A stretch of 64,000 nucleotides of DNA, taken from the NCBI RefSeq assembly GCF_001194135.2, contig NC_068982.1, forward strand, positions 164,345,413-164,409,412, written 5' to 3'. Both the position numbers and the translations under genes were made by a program. Below the pieces are notes generated by a model. The model ran no database searches and had not been told where the DNA came from. It was given only the letters and a program-made list of their open reading frames with translations. The stretch is from Octopus bimaculoides. Taxonomy: Eukaryota. Shown in pieces: positions 24,201 to 38,445 of the stretch. Positions within the stretch are counted from its first letter, which is position 1. The number at the start of each line of letters is the position of its first letter.

Positions 24201-25614
24201 TTCTGTTTTTGTTTTATCAATCTCATATTTATCGGATTATACGTATAATTTTTAATGTACTGATTCGTTTAACAAAATAGTTTATTACCGCATTACTACT
24301 CCTGTCGTTGCTGTTGTTGTTGTTCTTCTTTTTCTTCTTTGTCATCGTCATAGTCGTCGTCTTCCCCTCCTTCCCCCTTCCTCTCCTTCCTAAACTCTGG
24401 AAGGCATGATTATTTAGTTTCCTTAACTCGTGTTATTCTAATTGGTAATAAATAAAATTGTTGATCTATACTGAGTCTATATACACATATTTACTACTCA
24501 TTATACGGACTGTCTATTCGAGTATCTCCTCACACTCTCGTATTTTTGGTGTGCATATGGTTATTTCCTCCATGTCTGCAGATACATTCTGCATATAATA
24601 CTACTTCCTTTGAACAATAATAACGAATAGTTTTATTTATTCATTGACATTCTGTCACACAATTCGAATACTTGTGCCTTACACAAATGGCTTTACGACT
24701 TGCCTTTGTGTGTATACATCTTAATCTTATGTTTTACTCTTTCTTCATAACAAGAAATATATTTCAAAAATTTCTATCTCATTCTACCCTATCGACTGTC
24801 ATGTTATATATCATTTCTAGGACATTTCATTCCTCCTAGATTCATTATATATAAATCATAAGGCCTAAAAGTTTGAAACACCCTCTCATTCAATTTTCTT
24901 ACTACTAAAACAACCTGTTTTGTGATTATTACTTAAAACATTTCCTTACTCTCTCTATTTTCAATTACATCAACAATTCAAATCGTATAACTATTCGGTA
25001 CATTATATTTATATAACATTTCACAATATATATTCACATATTTTGGATTTAGATTTAATAGATATAATTGATAAGTATATCATGGATTCGCAGAATTCTT
25101 GAATTCGGTGTCTTTAGCACAGGAAGAACAAGCAAAATATGTATCATAAGCTAAATATGGTTGATAATGATAATTTTCATAATAAAATTGCTTAAGGTGA
25201 CATGCATCAGTATTTTGAGAATTTTGGTTTAGTGAAGTGTATTCTATAAAAAGAATCGGATATGTGAGTAGATAACATCTATTTCTAAGAAAGTTGAATA
25301 AACTGCAGGTAGCTATTCGGATGAATATACAATAGTGATAGATTATCACTCCTAGCAATGCAAGTGTATTCAAAATGATAGTTCCAAAATAAACATGCAG
25401 ATAATTATACATATTCTGGAGAATGGCTTAAATTGTATTTCTCTATATACAAAAACTATCAAAGAGAATGTGCTTACTTAGTAACCTCAACAAAGAAACC
25501 CCTTACATCTATGCGTACCTATATATACATATATATATATATATATACATACATACATACATACATATTAAATAGTAACCCCACCATTTACTGACTTATA
25601 TGTATATATATATG

Positions 25615-25673
<59 letters not shown>

Positions 25674-26589
25674 ATGTGTGTATGTGTAATTTTGTGTATA
25701 TAATGATTGTAATGAACCGTAGCTTCCTTAATTATATTCACCTTAACGTTTGGTGATATTAACATATTTCAGCTGCATCATCGGATGACATGCTGATTTT
25801 CCAGTGCAATTGGAGGAGGTAAATATGTGTATTCAGCTAAAACTCATAATCGATTATAGAGTGTTATTCGTATGACCGACCGAATAATAACATACTATCT
25901 CTTTCTTGAGCGTCATTTGACAATTATATACCTTACAAACATACACAATACCATAATAATGGTGTGTAGTATCATTAAATCTCGCAATCAATTTCCCAAT
26001 ACCTCATACTGCTTTAACTCTCAATTGATGTGAAGTCAACTATGATATTATGTACACCGATGTGGAAAAGCCAATCTGCAGCTGTATAAACTACTGCAAA
26101 TGCGCGTTCTGTTATTTGCGATACCATGATCACATCAAATAATTATGTATATAACATAAACAAGATTCAATATAAAATTTACCTAGATTTATTTACAATA
26201 AATTATCAATTGTTTTCCCATTTAATACGGATATTTTATGTATAACATGCAAGTGTGACAAATACAGTCAATCTAATGTATATTTATATATACATAAATA
26301 TCAGTGGGTGGGCATCTATTCAAAATTAAGAGGCGGGAATATTCATTGTGTATAACAGATGCACTAGAATATTCTGAAATTGTCGCCTCTTCCAGAATAC
26401 AATGAATGGATATTTGAGGTAGACTCACGTAATCATGGCGTCTTTATTTTAGAGAATAAATAAAATTGCTTTCAGCTTGCATATTTATGGCTCCATTATG
26501 TCCTTAATATATGTTTCCCATTTGGAATGGATATACATAGACACAGTTCTCCTAGCTTTTGTAGATACATTGCACCATGCTAATATACA

Positions 26590-26750
26590 TGAAATGATGA
26601 TGATGAGGATATTGACGACAGCAATGATGATGATGATGATAATGCTGTTGCTGCTGATGGTGATGCTGATGGGGATGATGGAGTAGGATGGAGGAGGAAG
26701 GTGACGACGATAACGACAACGACAACGACGATGATGATGATGATGATGAG
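26590..26750. repeat. Degenerate (GAT)/(GCT)/(GAC/AAC) trinucleotide repeat
   Basis: Seen directly. Confidence 0.85.
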
Positions 26751-27299
26751 ACTGAAAGGGCTCGAAAGCCTGCAAAATAAAATTTGCGTTCAATAGGAGA
26801 CTTTAAAATGGGTTTGGGATAGAAACACGAGGGAAACACTGAAAAAACTTGTACAGTTAAAGAGGTGACACCTCATACATCTATAAATATACACATGTGA
26901 CGTGACTACACAGAAATAACAATGTATAATGAAACAATAATTAAAAACAAAATTCAACAGAAACATAATATATTAAAAATACTTAGGATCCGCCGTTTAT
27001 GTCATATATATTACTCTTGATAATTGGCACTATCTTCACCTTCATTTTCTATAGCTGGGCTATTTCGTACTTAAGCGGGTTGTATCGCTATCTTTTCGCC
27101 TTCTTTTTTGACTATGCTTGTGTCAAAGAGGCATGCAATGTTAACAATATAACATCTGTCGTGCACCGGTCTGTTATGCTCTAGCATGTGATCTGTTTGG
27201 ATTGCGAAATCACAGAAGATTTGGCTAGTCTACGACTCTGCCACCCTCTGTGCTTTGTGCTCAGACCACGTCTTGCCTCTCTCTAGCCCCCTATTATCA

Positions 27300-28166
27300 T
27301 TATTATTATTATTTTCATTATCATCTTCTTTCAATTCTGTTTCCATTTCTAACTGGGTGTCTTCTTGGCACACAGGGAAGAGAAACGTACTGTATACATC
27401 GGTAGGCTATTAAAATAAACACACCAAATTGTCCATTTACACAGTCGCGTGACAGAGAAAAGTGGGAAGAAAGACAGAAAAAATAAAAAATAATAAAGTA
27501 AACAAAGAAAATAAGGAGTAGAGAGAAAGAAAATTCACAGCGACAATGCTCTTCTCAATACATGTGCCATACCAGTTAAGACAATCGTTTGCACTTTTTG
27601 CATGGATGGTAAGCCATGGATCATTCTTAAACATTTTCAGTTCCTTTTTTGATCATTCCAAGTGCTCTTACAATCACTGGTATTGCAACCGACTTGAGAT
27701 GTCACATCTTTCCGATTAGCAAATCTTTATATTTTCTGAGCTTATCAAATTCATTTGCCAAGATAATATTGTCACAGAGTATGCTCATATCAATCAATAA
27801 ACAGACTCTATTGTTTTTGTTTTCACAACAATATCTGGTTTGTTTGCCTTGACGGTCTGGTCTGTGTATGCTGGAAGGTCCCAAAGAATAGTTACATTTT
27901 CTCCCTCAGTTACAGCCTCAGGATAGTGCACGTACCGTTTGTCAGCAGTTTCAAATTTTCTCCAATGTAGATATTGGCCAACACTGCCATGTCTTGATTT
28001 GTACTCTACAGGTGCTAAAACCTTACATCCAGAGATTAGGTGGCCGACTGTTTCTATCCCGTGGTCGCAGTATCGGCACTTTGGGTCTACACCAGTTTTT
28101 AATCACATTTGCTTCATAGTTCCTGGTCAATAAGCTCTGATATTGGGCAGCCAAGATAAAGCCTTC

Positions 28167-28169
<3 letters not shown>
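27300..28169 (-). mobile_element. R4/Dong-type element, 5'-truncated 3' portion with UTR
   Basis: EGFILAAQYQSLLTRNYEANVIKN, degenerate CCHC knuckle, VTILWD-like segment, VCLLIDMSILCDNIILANEFDKLRKYKDL, VAIPVIVRALGMIKK, IVLTGMAHVLRRALSL*. A U-rich UTR ends in a TAA-like tail. Confidence 0.88.
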
Positions 28170-28217
<48 letters not shown>

Positions 28218-28373
28218 CATCATCATCATTATCATCATCATCATCATCATCATCAGTGATATCACTGATATTATTGTTTTTATGTGTAGTAGTAGCAGTG
28301 GTTGCAGCAAGAGCAACAGTAGGATGGGTGGGGGTAGCGGTAAGGGTGGTAGTTGGGCCTCAGATACCTGTGA

Positions 28374-28445
<72 letters not shown>
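28170..28445. repeat. (ATT)n/(ATC)n microsatellite array with a short GT-rich insert
   Basis: Seen directly. It runs into an N-gap. Confidence 0.92.
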
Positions 28446-28910
28446 NNNNNNNNNNNNNNNNNNNNNNNNNNNNNNNNNNNNNNNNNNNNNNNNNNNNNNN
28501 NNNNNNNNNNNNNNNNNNNNNNNNNNNNNNNNNNNNNNNNNNNNNNNNNNNNNNNNNNNNNNNNNNNNNNNNNNNNNNNNNNNNNNNNNNNNNNNNNNNN
28601 NNNNNNNNNNNNNNNNNNNNNNNNNNNNNNNNNNNNNNNNNNNNNNNNNNNNNNNNNNNNNNNNNNNNNNNNNNNNNNNNNNNNNNNNNNNNNNNNNNNN
28701 NNNNNNNNNNNNNNNNNNNNNNNNNNNNNNNNNNNNNNNNNNNNNNNNNNNNNNNNNNNNNNNNNNNNNNNNNNNNNNNNNNNNNNNNNNNNNNNNNNNN
28801 NNNNNNNNNNNNNNNNNNNNNNNNNNNNNNNNNNNNNNNNNNNNNNNNNNNNNNNNNNNNNNNNNNNNNNNNNNNNNNNNNNNNNNNNNNNNNNNNNNNN
28901 NNNNNNNNNA

Positions 28911-29919
28911 ATTTTTCAACCTCTTTATTCACAAGATTCATGTCATTTGGTATGGCTACGTCAATGATCTGACAGTATTTATCTGTCTTATTCACTATAA
29001 CAATATCCGGCCGACGGTGTTCGATTACACGATCCGTCTGAAAATCATAGTCCCAGAGTATCGTTACTTTTCCATCCACCTGCATAACTTTACTTGGTAC
29101 GTGCTCATACCAGTTCTCTGTTACTTCATATTGGTATTTACGGCATAAGAGCCAGTGAAAATACACTCACACTTCATCGTGGCGGCGCTTGTATTCTTTT
29201 TGTGCAAGGCTCTCACACCCACTTACCACGTGGGTCAGAATTTCCTCTCTCTTTCCACAGAATCTGCATTTCTGGGTGTAAGTTTTATAGATGTTATACT
29301 TCACTGAATTGATAGCGAGAGCCTGGTCTTGTGCAGCCACGATCAGGCTTTCGGTGGTACGCTTCAGATCGCCTTGCTCAAGCCATACCCACGATGTTGT
29401 ATTATCCTTAACGTCTTGTGTATTCCTTTCAAACTGTCCATGCGTTCTCATTTCAAGGTCTTCTTTTCTCTTCTCCTTAACTGTTTGGTTAAACTCTCCC
29501 TTGTCTATCATTTCATTTGTATTTACACCCATACCTTTCGCAGCATATTGCAGCAGGTCTTCATCACTATTTATCAAATACTTAGCAAGCATTCTCCTTT
29601 CACTCCTTATACAATAGTCTAAACTTAATAGTTCTCTGCCACCATTCTTTCTTCTCATATACAGTCTGTTTATTTTTGCTTTAGGGTGTAGCGTCCCATG
29701 CAGCATCATCAACTTTCTCGTCCTTCTATCCGGTGTTGATATTTCCTCCTTAGTCCATTTGAGGATGGACGCACTATATCTGACCACTGCAATTGTCCAG
29801 ATATTCATTGCGGTAATCAAAGTTTTGGCATTCAGGTTGAATTTCAATACCATCTTCTTCCTGTCTTGCTGACCTTGACTTTCATTTCTCTGTGTAGAAT
29901 GTCATCCGGTTGTAGAATG

Positions 29920-29920
<1 letters not shown>
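28911..29920 (-). mobile_element. R4/Dong-type element fragment (post-RT thumb, CCHC knuckle, REL endonuclease)
   Basis: KFNLNAKTLITAMNIWTIAVVRYSASILKW, LHPKAKINRLYMRRKNGGRELLS, TESLIVAAQDQALAIN, CRFCGKREEILTHVVSGC..LAQKEYKRRHD, ILWDYDFQTDRVIEHRRPDIV, CQIIDVAIPND. Confidence 0.93.

Positions 29921-29992
<72 letters not shown>
29921..29992. repeat. (ATT)n microsatellite
   Basis: Seen directly. Confidence 0.97.
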
Positions 29993-29995
<3 letters not shown>

Positions 29996-30225
29996 GGCAG
30001 CAAGCCTACAGAACCGTTGGTGAGCCGGGCAAAATGCTTAACTGCATTTCGTCCGCCTTTATGTTATGATTTCAAATTCCGCCGAGGTCGATTTTGCCTT
30101 TCATCATTCCAGGGTCGATGATATAAGTACTAGTCAAGTGTTGAGGTTCACGTAACCAGCCAGTCCCCTCTTTCCAAATTTCAAGCTTTCTGACCATAGT
30201 ACAATGCATTATCATTATTATTGTT
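29993..30225 (+). mobile_element. SINE, same family as 11463
   Basis: aaggcagcaagcctacagaaccgttgg...ttcaaattccgccgaggtcgattttgcctttcatcattccagggtcgatg..., ending in an attatcattattatt tail. Confidence 0.8.
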
Positions 30226-30639
30226 CGTCTATCGACACGTGTTACACATCGCTCACGTAAGTTTATTGTTATACATATTGATACACATTTGTAATCATAA
30301 CTTTGATAACATAACCAGAACCTTGGAGAGCTGGTCAATTTTTCTCCATCTGTTGTCCTCGGGGGCTATTTTGGTGTTTGTTTGGGCTAAGACGTCCTAC
30401 ATCTTTTTCCCAAAAAAAAAAAAAAGCAAACTTGCAAAGGCAAACAAGAATCGTCCGTCCACTGAAAGGTACACCTGGTCTTCCGGAAAAGTCGTAAAAA
30501 ACAGTGACTGCTCTAGCAGCAACAACAACAAGAAGGACAATAGCACATATGAAGTCTATGAAAAAAAATTTCCTCTGGTTTTACTGTCACCTTCACCGTT
30601 GTGGGAATAAAAGAAATCAATGACAACAAACAGCAACAG

Positions 30640-30800
30640 CACAAGCGAGAACACTGCCGCCTCCACCGCAACCGCCGGTGGCAGCAGCAAGCCCAGCACT
30701 ACCAGCACCACCAGCACCTGCACCAGCACCAGCACCACCAGCACCTGGACCAACACCACCAGCACCAGCACCAGCACCAGCACCAGCACCAGCACCGCCA
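30640..30800. repeat. GC-rich (GCACCA)n hexanucleotide / (CCA) low-complexity repeat
   Basis: Seen directly. It is open as poly-PA, poly-TS or poly-QH (+) and poly-GA (-). Confidence 0.85.
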
Positions 30801-33800
30801 TCCAATATGAACGGAGATGGTTATAGTTTGGTATAAATGTTTGCGGAAGAGAAAGTTATGGAAGTCTGGTGTGTCTATGTGTTGATCTGGAATGCGTATA
30901 GAGAATAGGACAACTTGAAATGAAGCAGCTAAATGTTTTAAATCACAACTTACTGTCTTAAGGAAAGAAAAGGTAAAATTGTTAGAACAGTGAGGTATGC
31001 ATGGAGTGTAAAAGTACGGGGTAGTCACGGCCAGAATGTGCTTAAACGCACGTTTGCACGGCTGGCACAACTCCAGCTTAATGAAACAATAATATACCAT
31101 TAACTAAACATTTTATTTCTGACAATCTCACAGGTACCTAACTCACAGGCGGATGACTTAAGAGAAAATCCGTATAATTTCGGAAGAAATGTATATTCGT
31201 ACTACGTTATCTGTGCTTTACAATGTTCATGGCTTCAAGGCTGTGAACGTGGCTGTGAATAGAAACCAAGTTATATACTGTTTGGTGATGTAAAGAAAAG
31301 TTATTGAAATGTTCTAGATAAAAAAGTAAAGTCATTCTAATACCCAGTTTATGCTCACGATAGGTCTAAGATATATGTTCATGATCCGATTTCATTAGAT
31401 GAGGAGGGACAGTATCCACGCTATTTTTCAGACCGTTTAAGACCTGTTCTCAGTACGTGACATAGAGCGTACTTCTCAAGCCAATAGCCAGATTATGGTG
31501 CTATATCAGACATTGTATCAAGTCGACCATAGACAATCAGTCACAGTCACTTCAACTGCCTTCTTGATTGTCATCGTTTCCTAAATTTTAATTGGTGTTC
31601 AGACACCATAACAGTAGATACTAGTCTAAGACTCCTCATATAGAGTTGTGTCTGAATCCACGCAATTGCGAAGCTGATTTACCACACAGCCAGATCTGCG
31701 CATATTACATCCATACATGCATAAAACATCATGTTCCCTCAAACATAATTTATTAGATGTGCAATAGGTTATTCCATATTAAACCCGCTACACATAGACA
31801 TCTATTAACGTTTATATACCTCACTTGGAAATAAAAATTACACGACAACATCAACATATATAGTTGCAGATATTTTTAATAACTGGATGCGGATGTGTTG
31901 ACTATAGCCATTATTTTCGAATAAAGGTTGTTATACGTCAAAGAAAGGGATCATTGTTACTGTTCAATATTTCATGGTCAATAGCTATGTCAATTGTTTA
32001 TAACCTTTATTTCCTGCAAGGGATATCTGAGTCTCTTCGTGTGATGTATAATAAAACCAAACACAATTTTGTTTGTGTAGATTCATTCCATCCGTTATCA
32101 ATAGTGTTTCATGTTTAGGTTAAATAAGTATGAAAGCCCAGAAATTATTGCACGAAGGGAGAAACAATATTTATTCAGGTATATAGCATAGAGTTAGTTT
32201 TTGAATTATTTCCTAAGTTATTGCTTTGTATATCACAGATACTGCATTTAGGTTCATCTTTATTTCTCTTCCCTTAAACATTAGATAAACTTAACGTATG
32301 ATTCATTTTATACAGCGTCATGATTGCATACGTTACTCATAAAATACAAATCCCCGAATACATATAAAATCGTTTTATTGGTCATACATCACCATCTTAT
32401 TAGCATCCTCCAGCAGTTTGGCAAGTGTATATGGTATGTATTTCATTTGCAAATTTATCGGAGAAATATATATTACTAACAGCGTTTGAGCACGGCATTG
32501 CGGAAAGTCTATTATGTTATGTACTCAAATATTTTGGAAAATTTAACAAATCCATCATGTAATAATTTCATTTGGATGATTGTGAAAGCATGCAATTAAT
32601 TTTGGTTTCCGAACTAAGTTGTTACATTCTTGAAATCGGAGAACAATAGTGGTCGACACGATGAAAGACAGGACCAAACGATCGTATACTTAAACTGAAA
32701 TTATATTTTTATCATGGCTAAAAAGTTTAAATCTTAAAAGGGTAGAACTCTTTACGTATAAAATAATAATTAACTTACTACTGTAGGCACTGGAATTAAT
32801 GGTAATATAAATTTGACAAGTTTTGCATTTAGCTCTCACTCAGCATATTTCTCAGACTATAACTTAAGAGACGACGTGATAATCCTCTTGGCCCGGATAT
32901 AATATAAAAAAAGCTAGATTTGTACTCGCAGCTCTGTGGAGGATAGGGTTATAGAATACAGCAATCAGGTGGATTAACATATGATAAGATATCGTAATCT
33001 ATGTGATTTTATGGTGACCAGAATGCTGACCACACAATGAATCACTACCAGATAATTGTAAATACGCAACTATATACAACCACAGGTTACTGTAAAGAAA
33101 AGAAAGTGCATAAGGAATGAATATTTTCTTGTCATGTGTAATCCTTCATTATGCTTTATAATGTTTGTGAAAATTTTTCTGATATGCTCCCATAAGAAGA
33201 CAAATGTAGTTTTTTTTTAAAGAATTGATGGAAGGAAGGCGTCTTGATATCACATAGGTGATGTATATATATATAAGGTGACAAAGAAATTTCGTATAGT
33301 GTGACAAAAAAGTTTCTGCCAAAGCTTATGTGATTGATATAACACCTTAATCCTAAAAGTCTATGATTACACGGGTAAACGGATCCTGAATATTACTGTA
33401 CCAATATGAGCTGTCCCGAGCAGAATATATTTTGTTAGATGTCTACTGGTTGGCTGTGTACTCATGTCTCCCCTCTATATACACCTATGTCGTCCAAAGG
33501 AAAGAGAAGGCAAGCAGGCGTACAGCTTGATACCATTGTACACAAAAACAAGGACAGCTATCACAAGATATCCCGTCCGATACTCTAATAATTCCACCAA
33601 TCCAGACCCTGGATTGGTACATTTTTATCAGGAAAGAATTATCTTAACAGGAGATGCATGCTATTTAAAAATCTAATCGCTCCAACATTGTCGCTTTTTG
33701 ATATAACAGATGAACACAGCTAACTCAACCTAAAACCTAACGTAACTCTTAAAAGTGGAAGCCTACATAACATAATGCAAGTCTATGACTAGAATTTCGT

Positions 33801-34586
33801 TCGTTATATGTTTGGTGAACCACTGTTTATATAGAAAGAAACAAATGTTTTACTATCAACAAAGAAACAAAATTGAGGCAAGATCATGTCTAACGCTATT
33901 ATAATAGTATATTTTGATTTGTGAGGTTCTAAATTAGAAACAGATATAAACACAAAGTCCAAAAAATATACACAGTTCTGTAGTATTATGAAATTTCGTT
34001 AAGTAATTTCAAATACTGAAATTACTTAAAATAGGAGCAGAGCAACTATATATTTTTTAAGTTCACATTCAATTACATGTAATCTAATAAGATTGCATTA
34101 AAGGAACTTTTTATTTAATATACCGGAAAATATAATTAAATTTATTATCAAAATGTAATTATGAATATTAAAGAAGGAAATGCAGACGAAAACGGAACAT
34201 TTAAAGATATTTTAAAGAATTTTAAAACAATAGAGGAAAGATAGTATAAAATAAAAAGCAAATTCAATGCAAAATACAGACTTCTTTCAGAAAGTTGCTC
34301 TTATAAACAAAAACCATCGGTACTCCACCTCTGACCTAAAATACAGAAACGTTCGTTCCATATGATAAAGTGTGAAGAAAAAATATTCTCGGGATATCAT
34401 TATGTACACAAGCATGTAACCAAGACATCATAAGGAAGAATGGAGAAAAATGTATCTTCAAAACTTGCCTATTATAGTATTATTCTCATTAAATTCACAT
34501 TAGATTCCAATCCGACCCATAGACTGTATGCTATATAAAATCCAATGAAACGAAGTTAGGATCTACCTATTGAGTGAAGTACCAAA

Positions 34587-34605
34587 AGAGAGAAAGAAAA
34601 GAGAG

Positions 34606-34660
<55 letters not shown>

Positions 34661-34725
34661 NNNNNNNNNNGGAGAGGAGAGAGAGAGAGAGGGGAGAGAG
34701 AGAGAGGGGGAGAGAGAGAGTGAGA
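34587..34725. repeat. (GA)n microsatellite
   Basis: Seen directly. Confidence 0.95.
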
Positions 34726-36457
34726 GATACACAGGCAGACAGAAAGAAACTGAGAAAAAGACGAATGGTCTACGCAATCACTTAGTATCATTATCTAACT
34801 CTTATACCGCTCCATTAAGGAGTTTTAATCAATTTTCGTTAATGTTTCAGACATTAACGTGTAAGGCAAATCTTTTTTTTTTTTAGTTTATTATAGTGTT
34901 TCCAAATATATTCAACTATACTGTATTTTTTCTTTCTATTATGAGATTTTAGATTAAAATGATTCAACATCAACTTGAATAGGCGTGATTTTGATTCTGA
35001 GATTTTGCATTTTTAATTCTCTGCTATAGAGTTTGCGGGTTTGTAGTTAATGGCCAACCTTTGCTTAATTTTCTCTCGTTCTAACATATGGTTGTAGATT
35101 ATGTGTTTTAGGGTTATTAATTTGTATTCCAGAATTTCGCTTCAGAATTACGTTATATTTTAGAAATATATTCAAACATTGCGGTTATTATGCAATGAAA
35201 TCATTGCTCCCTTTACCCTTAACGCAACTTTGTATATGTGTAATCTATCGCTGTGACTTAGAATTTATTCTCAAGCGCATCATCCGTTTGAATGCTTCAT
35301 AATTTCAGTAAATCTATGCTTTGCAGATATTCCTTGGGAGACATTTTAGAGTAATAGCCACTGTATATAATGGGAGATTGGTTATTCAGTTTAGGCTGCT
35401 TTTCATATGCATCTTTCACGCGTGTTTTAACCTAACTGTTATCAATTTCAGTGGAACCTTCTACGATGCCCTGTGTTAGTCTTGAACCTATAACTTCGTG
35501 TCAACTAGCTACGAACATCCTTAGTAATAGGATTTGTCGGTTCCTTGCACTATTTTGTATGAATTATATAATTTCTTTAAATATATAGATGAGTGATATT
35601 TAGTGACAACTTACGTAAAAGTCATGTTTTGTAATTTTCCCGTCAGTCTCGTCAACGACTGTTTGGCTCATCCACGTGGAAACTTTTACGTCATTGTTAG
35701 ACTTTTTCAATGTATCAGCATTAACTAGTTCAAACCACGCGCCAGTCTTAAATAGAAACTAAAAGAAACATCAGATAATTCTAGACACCTCAAAAGAGAT
35801 AGGATGCTGCAGGGTGGCCTGCTTGTGATTATAGATCTCGATCACTTTTGGCCTAGACCTAACAACAATAGTAACTGTCTGCTCTCCAAAGATAAATCTG
35901 CATCAATGCCGATGAGAGAATGGAGGATAGAAATATACGTTACATATACATTTTGTAAATATAAATTAAGATAAAGTTCATAGTCCGGAAAATTATATTC
36001 TAAGTAACAACTTATACTTTAAGCTCTAATATATTACGTATTTTTTAAATTTTCATATCGTTTGTATAGATTTTTATCTCTTTGTAGTACTTCTATTTTT
36101 TTAAAAGACGGTCCTGATGTGAACGAAATTTGTTTGATACTTCAATCCGAGCATGAAATCGATTGCACAAAATATTTAGGTACTGGCATGTAATTCTGTT
36201 TATAATTCATGACATAAACATATAGAAGGCTCTACAAACATCTGAAATAACAATGTTTTTATCACTTCTATGTATTTTTCTTTACCCCAAGATAAAGTTG
36301 TAGGTGCGTACACGGACGCACAGATTCACAAATTCGTAAAGATACGCATACGCGAATATTCATGTATCGCACGTCACCTATATATTTACACACAAACATG
36401 TGTGTATGTATGTATGTATGGATGAATGGACGTACACACACACACACATACGCACAT

Positions 36458-36523
<66 letters not shown>

Positions 36524-36839
36524 NNNNNNNNNNNNNNNNNNNNNNNNNNNNNNNNNNNNNNNNNNNNNNNNNNNNNNNNNNNNNNNNNNNNNNNNNNNNN
36601 NNNNNNNNNNNNNNNNNNNNNNNNNNNNNNNNNNNNNNNNNNNNNNNNNNNNNNNNNNNNNNNNNNNNNNNNNNNNNNNNNNNNNNNNNNNNNNNNNNNN
36701 NNNNNNNNNNNNNNNNNNNNNNNNNNNNNNNNNNNNNNNNNNNNNNNNNNNNNNNNNNNNNNNNNNNNNNNNNNNNNNNNNNNNNNNNNNNNNNNNNNNN
36801 NNNNNNNNNNNNNNNNNNNTATATATATTTGACGTTCGA

Positions 36840-38445
36840 AAATCCGGTTCCTTCAAATTCGGAGTGCATTTTCAAAGCTATTTGTGAAACATACGACATT
36901 GGCTCTTCAACAGTGTACGATATTAAAAAAAAAACCCCAAAAAAACAGAAAGAAGAAAGTTCTTATCTGACAGTGGATCAAAACAGCAAATGTTTGTAAG
37001 GAAGACAATGACGGAGAGAAAAACTTGGTTTAATCTTCGTATAAGTGAAGGTGTGGAAATTTCTGCTGATTTACTAAAGGAACAAATCAAAGTGTATTGT
37101 GAAGAGCTGGGATTGCAACGCAAGTGTGAATATTCAGAATGTAGGCTGCGTCGTTTCAAGTTGCGACATGACTTACAGTTCCGTACAGTTCCGTACAGTG
37201 TGTAGTGAAAAACGTTCAATAGACGAAGATGCGTCTAGTGCATATGTGGATGAATTTGCAAAGTTAGTTAGTGATGAACATTTAAGTCCTGAACAAGTGT
37301 ATAATGCTGACGAAACTACCTTGTTTTGAAGATGTACACCAAAAAGAATTCTGACTACTGAGAATGAAGAATCGCTATCAGGGTTTAAAGTTTCGAAAGA
37401 TCGCGTCACAATGATGTGCTGCTCTAATGCTGCAGATACCCATAGATGTAAGTTGCTTCTTATCGGGAAAAGTTTATATCTGACGGCCTTCAATAAAATG
37501 ACATAGTTTCCTGTCCATTACCGTGCCAAAAAGAAAGGGTAGGTAACCACTGATATTTCTTTGGATTGGTTTCAAAAGTGCTTTGTTCCTGGAGCTAGGG
37601 CTCACTGCAGCTCAGTTGGACTAGACCCTAAATTCAAGATACTTCTTTTTTTAGACAATTGTTCGGCACATCCAAAAGGCGATCTTTTAGTGAAAGATAA
37701 TGTCTTTGTTGTCTACCTCCCACCCAACTGCACATCACTAATTCAACCACAGGACAATGATATTAGACGTTCAATGAAGTGTAAGTATCGATCTCTGTTA
37801 ATGAGGCGCCTAGTGAATTCAGTTAATTCAATCACCTCAGTACAGCAGTTCATAAAAGAATTCAGCATTAAGGATGCAGTGTAATATCAATGCATGGAAG
37901 TCTGTGAAAACATCAACACTGAAAAACGGATGCCATAAATTATGGCTAGGTTTAATGTTTACTTCTCATTCTAACGAAGACATTGAAAATACTTTTGGAT
38001 GGTTTAGAGCTTCCAATGGAAAGCAGCTTGTATAAAACCTTATTGCTTATGTTAAAGATGTAACTAATCCTGATGCCAAGGAGCGTTCGTCAAGGACAAA
38101 TGATGTTTTAATGGAATGGATGGATGTTGATGACAATGTGCCTACAGTTCATCATTACACTGATTCTTAAATTGTAGATATGGTTAAATGTCCGGAGAGA
38201 AATGCCTGTACAGGTAGTGATGAAGATGAAAACAGTGATGAAAATGAGGAAGATGTGAGAGAAAGAATCTCTATTGACAGGTTAATTACATTGACAACTG
38301 AACTATTGGCTGGACTAGAGGAACAAAGTTTTTTAAGTGAACAAGATATCATGAATGTTTACTTGCTCCAAGATAAGATTATTAGAGAAAGACCCAAGTA
38401 TATGAAGCAACAGACACTGCACGATGTATACAAGAAAAGAAAAAA
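36840..38445 (+). mobile_element. pogo/Tigger (Jerky/CENP-B-like) DDE transposase pseudogene
   Basis: ICETYDIGSSTVYDIKK, WFNLRISEGVEISADLLKEQ, QVYNADETTLF, SKDRVTMMCCSNA, ILLFLDNCSAHP, VVYLPPNCTSLIQPQD. Multiple stops and frameshifts. Confidence 0.92.

Noticed and set aside
25080-25415. 110-aa minus-strand ORF with possible acceptors
   Set aside because: Composition mirrors AT-rich background, no homology was recognised, and the length is within chance expectation.
25755-25790. Minus-strand CCGAUGAUGCAGCUGAAAUAUGUUA
   Set aside because: Core spacing is suggestive, but stems I and II do not pair convincingly.
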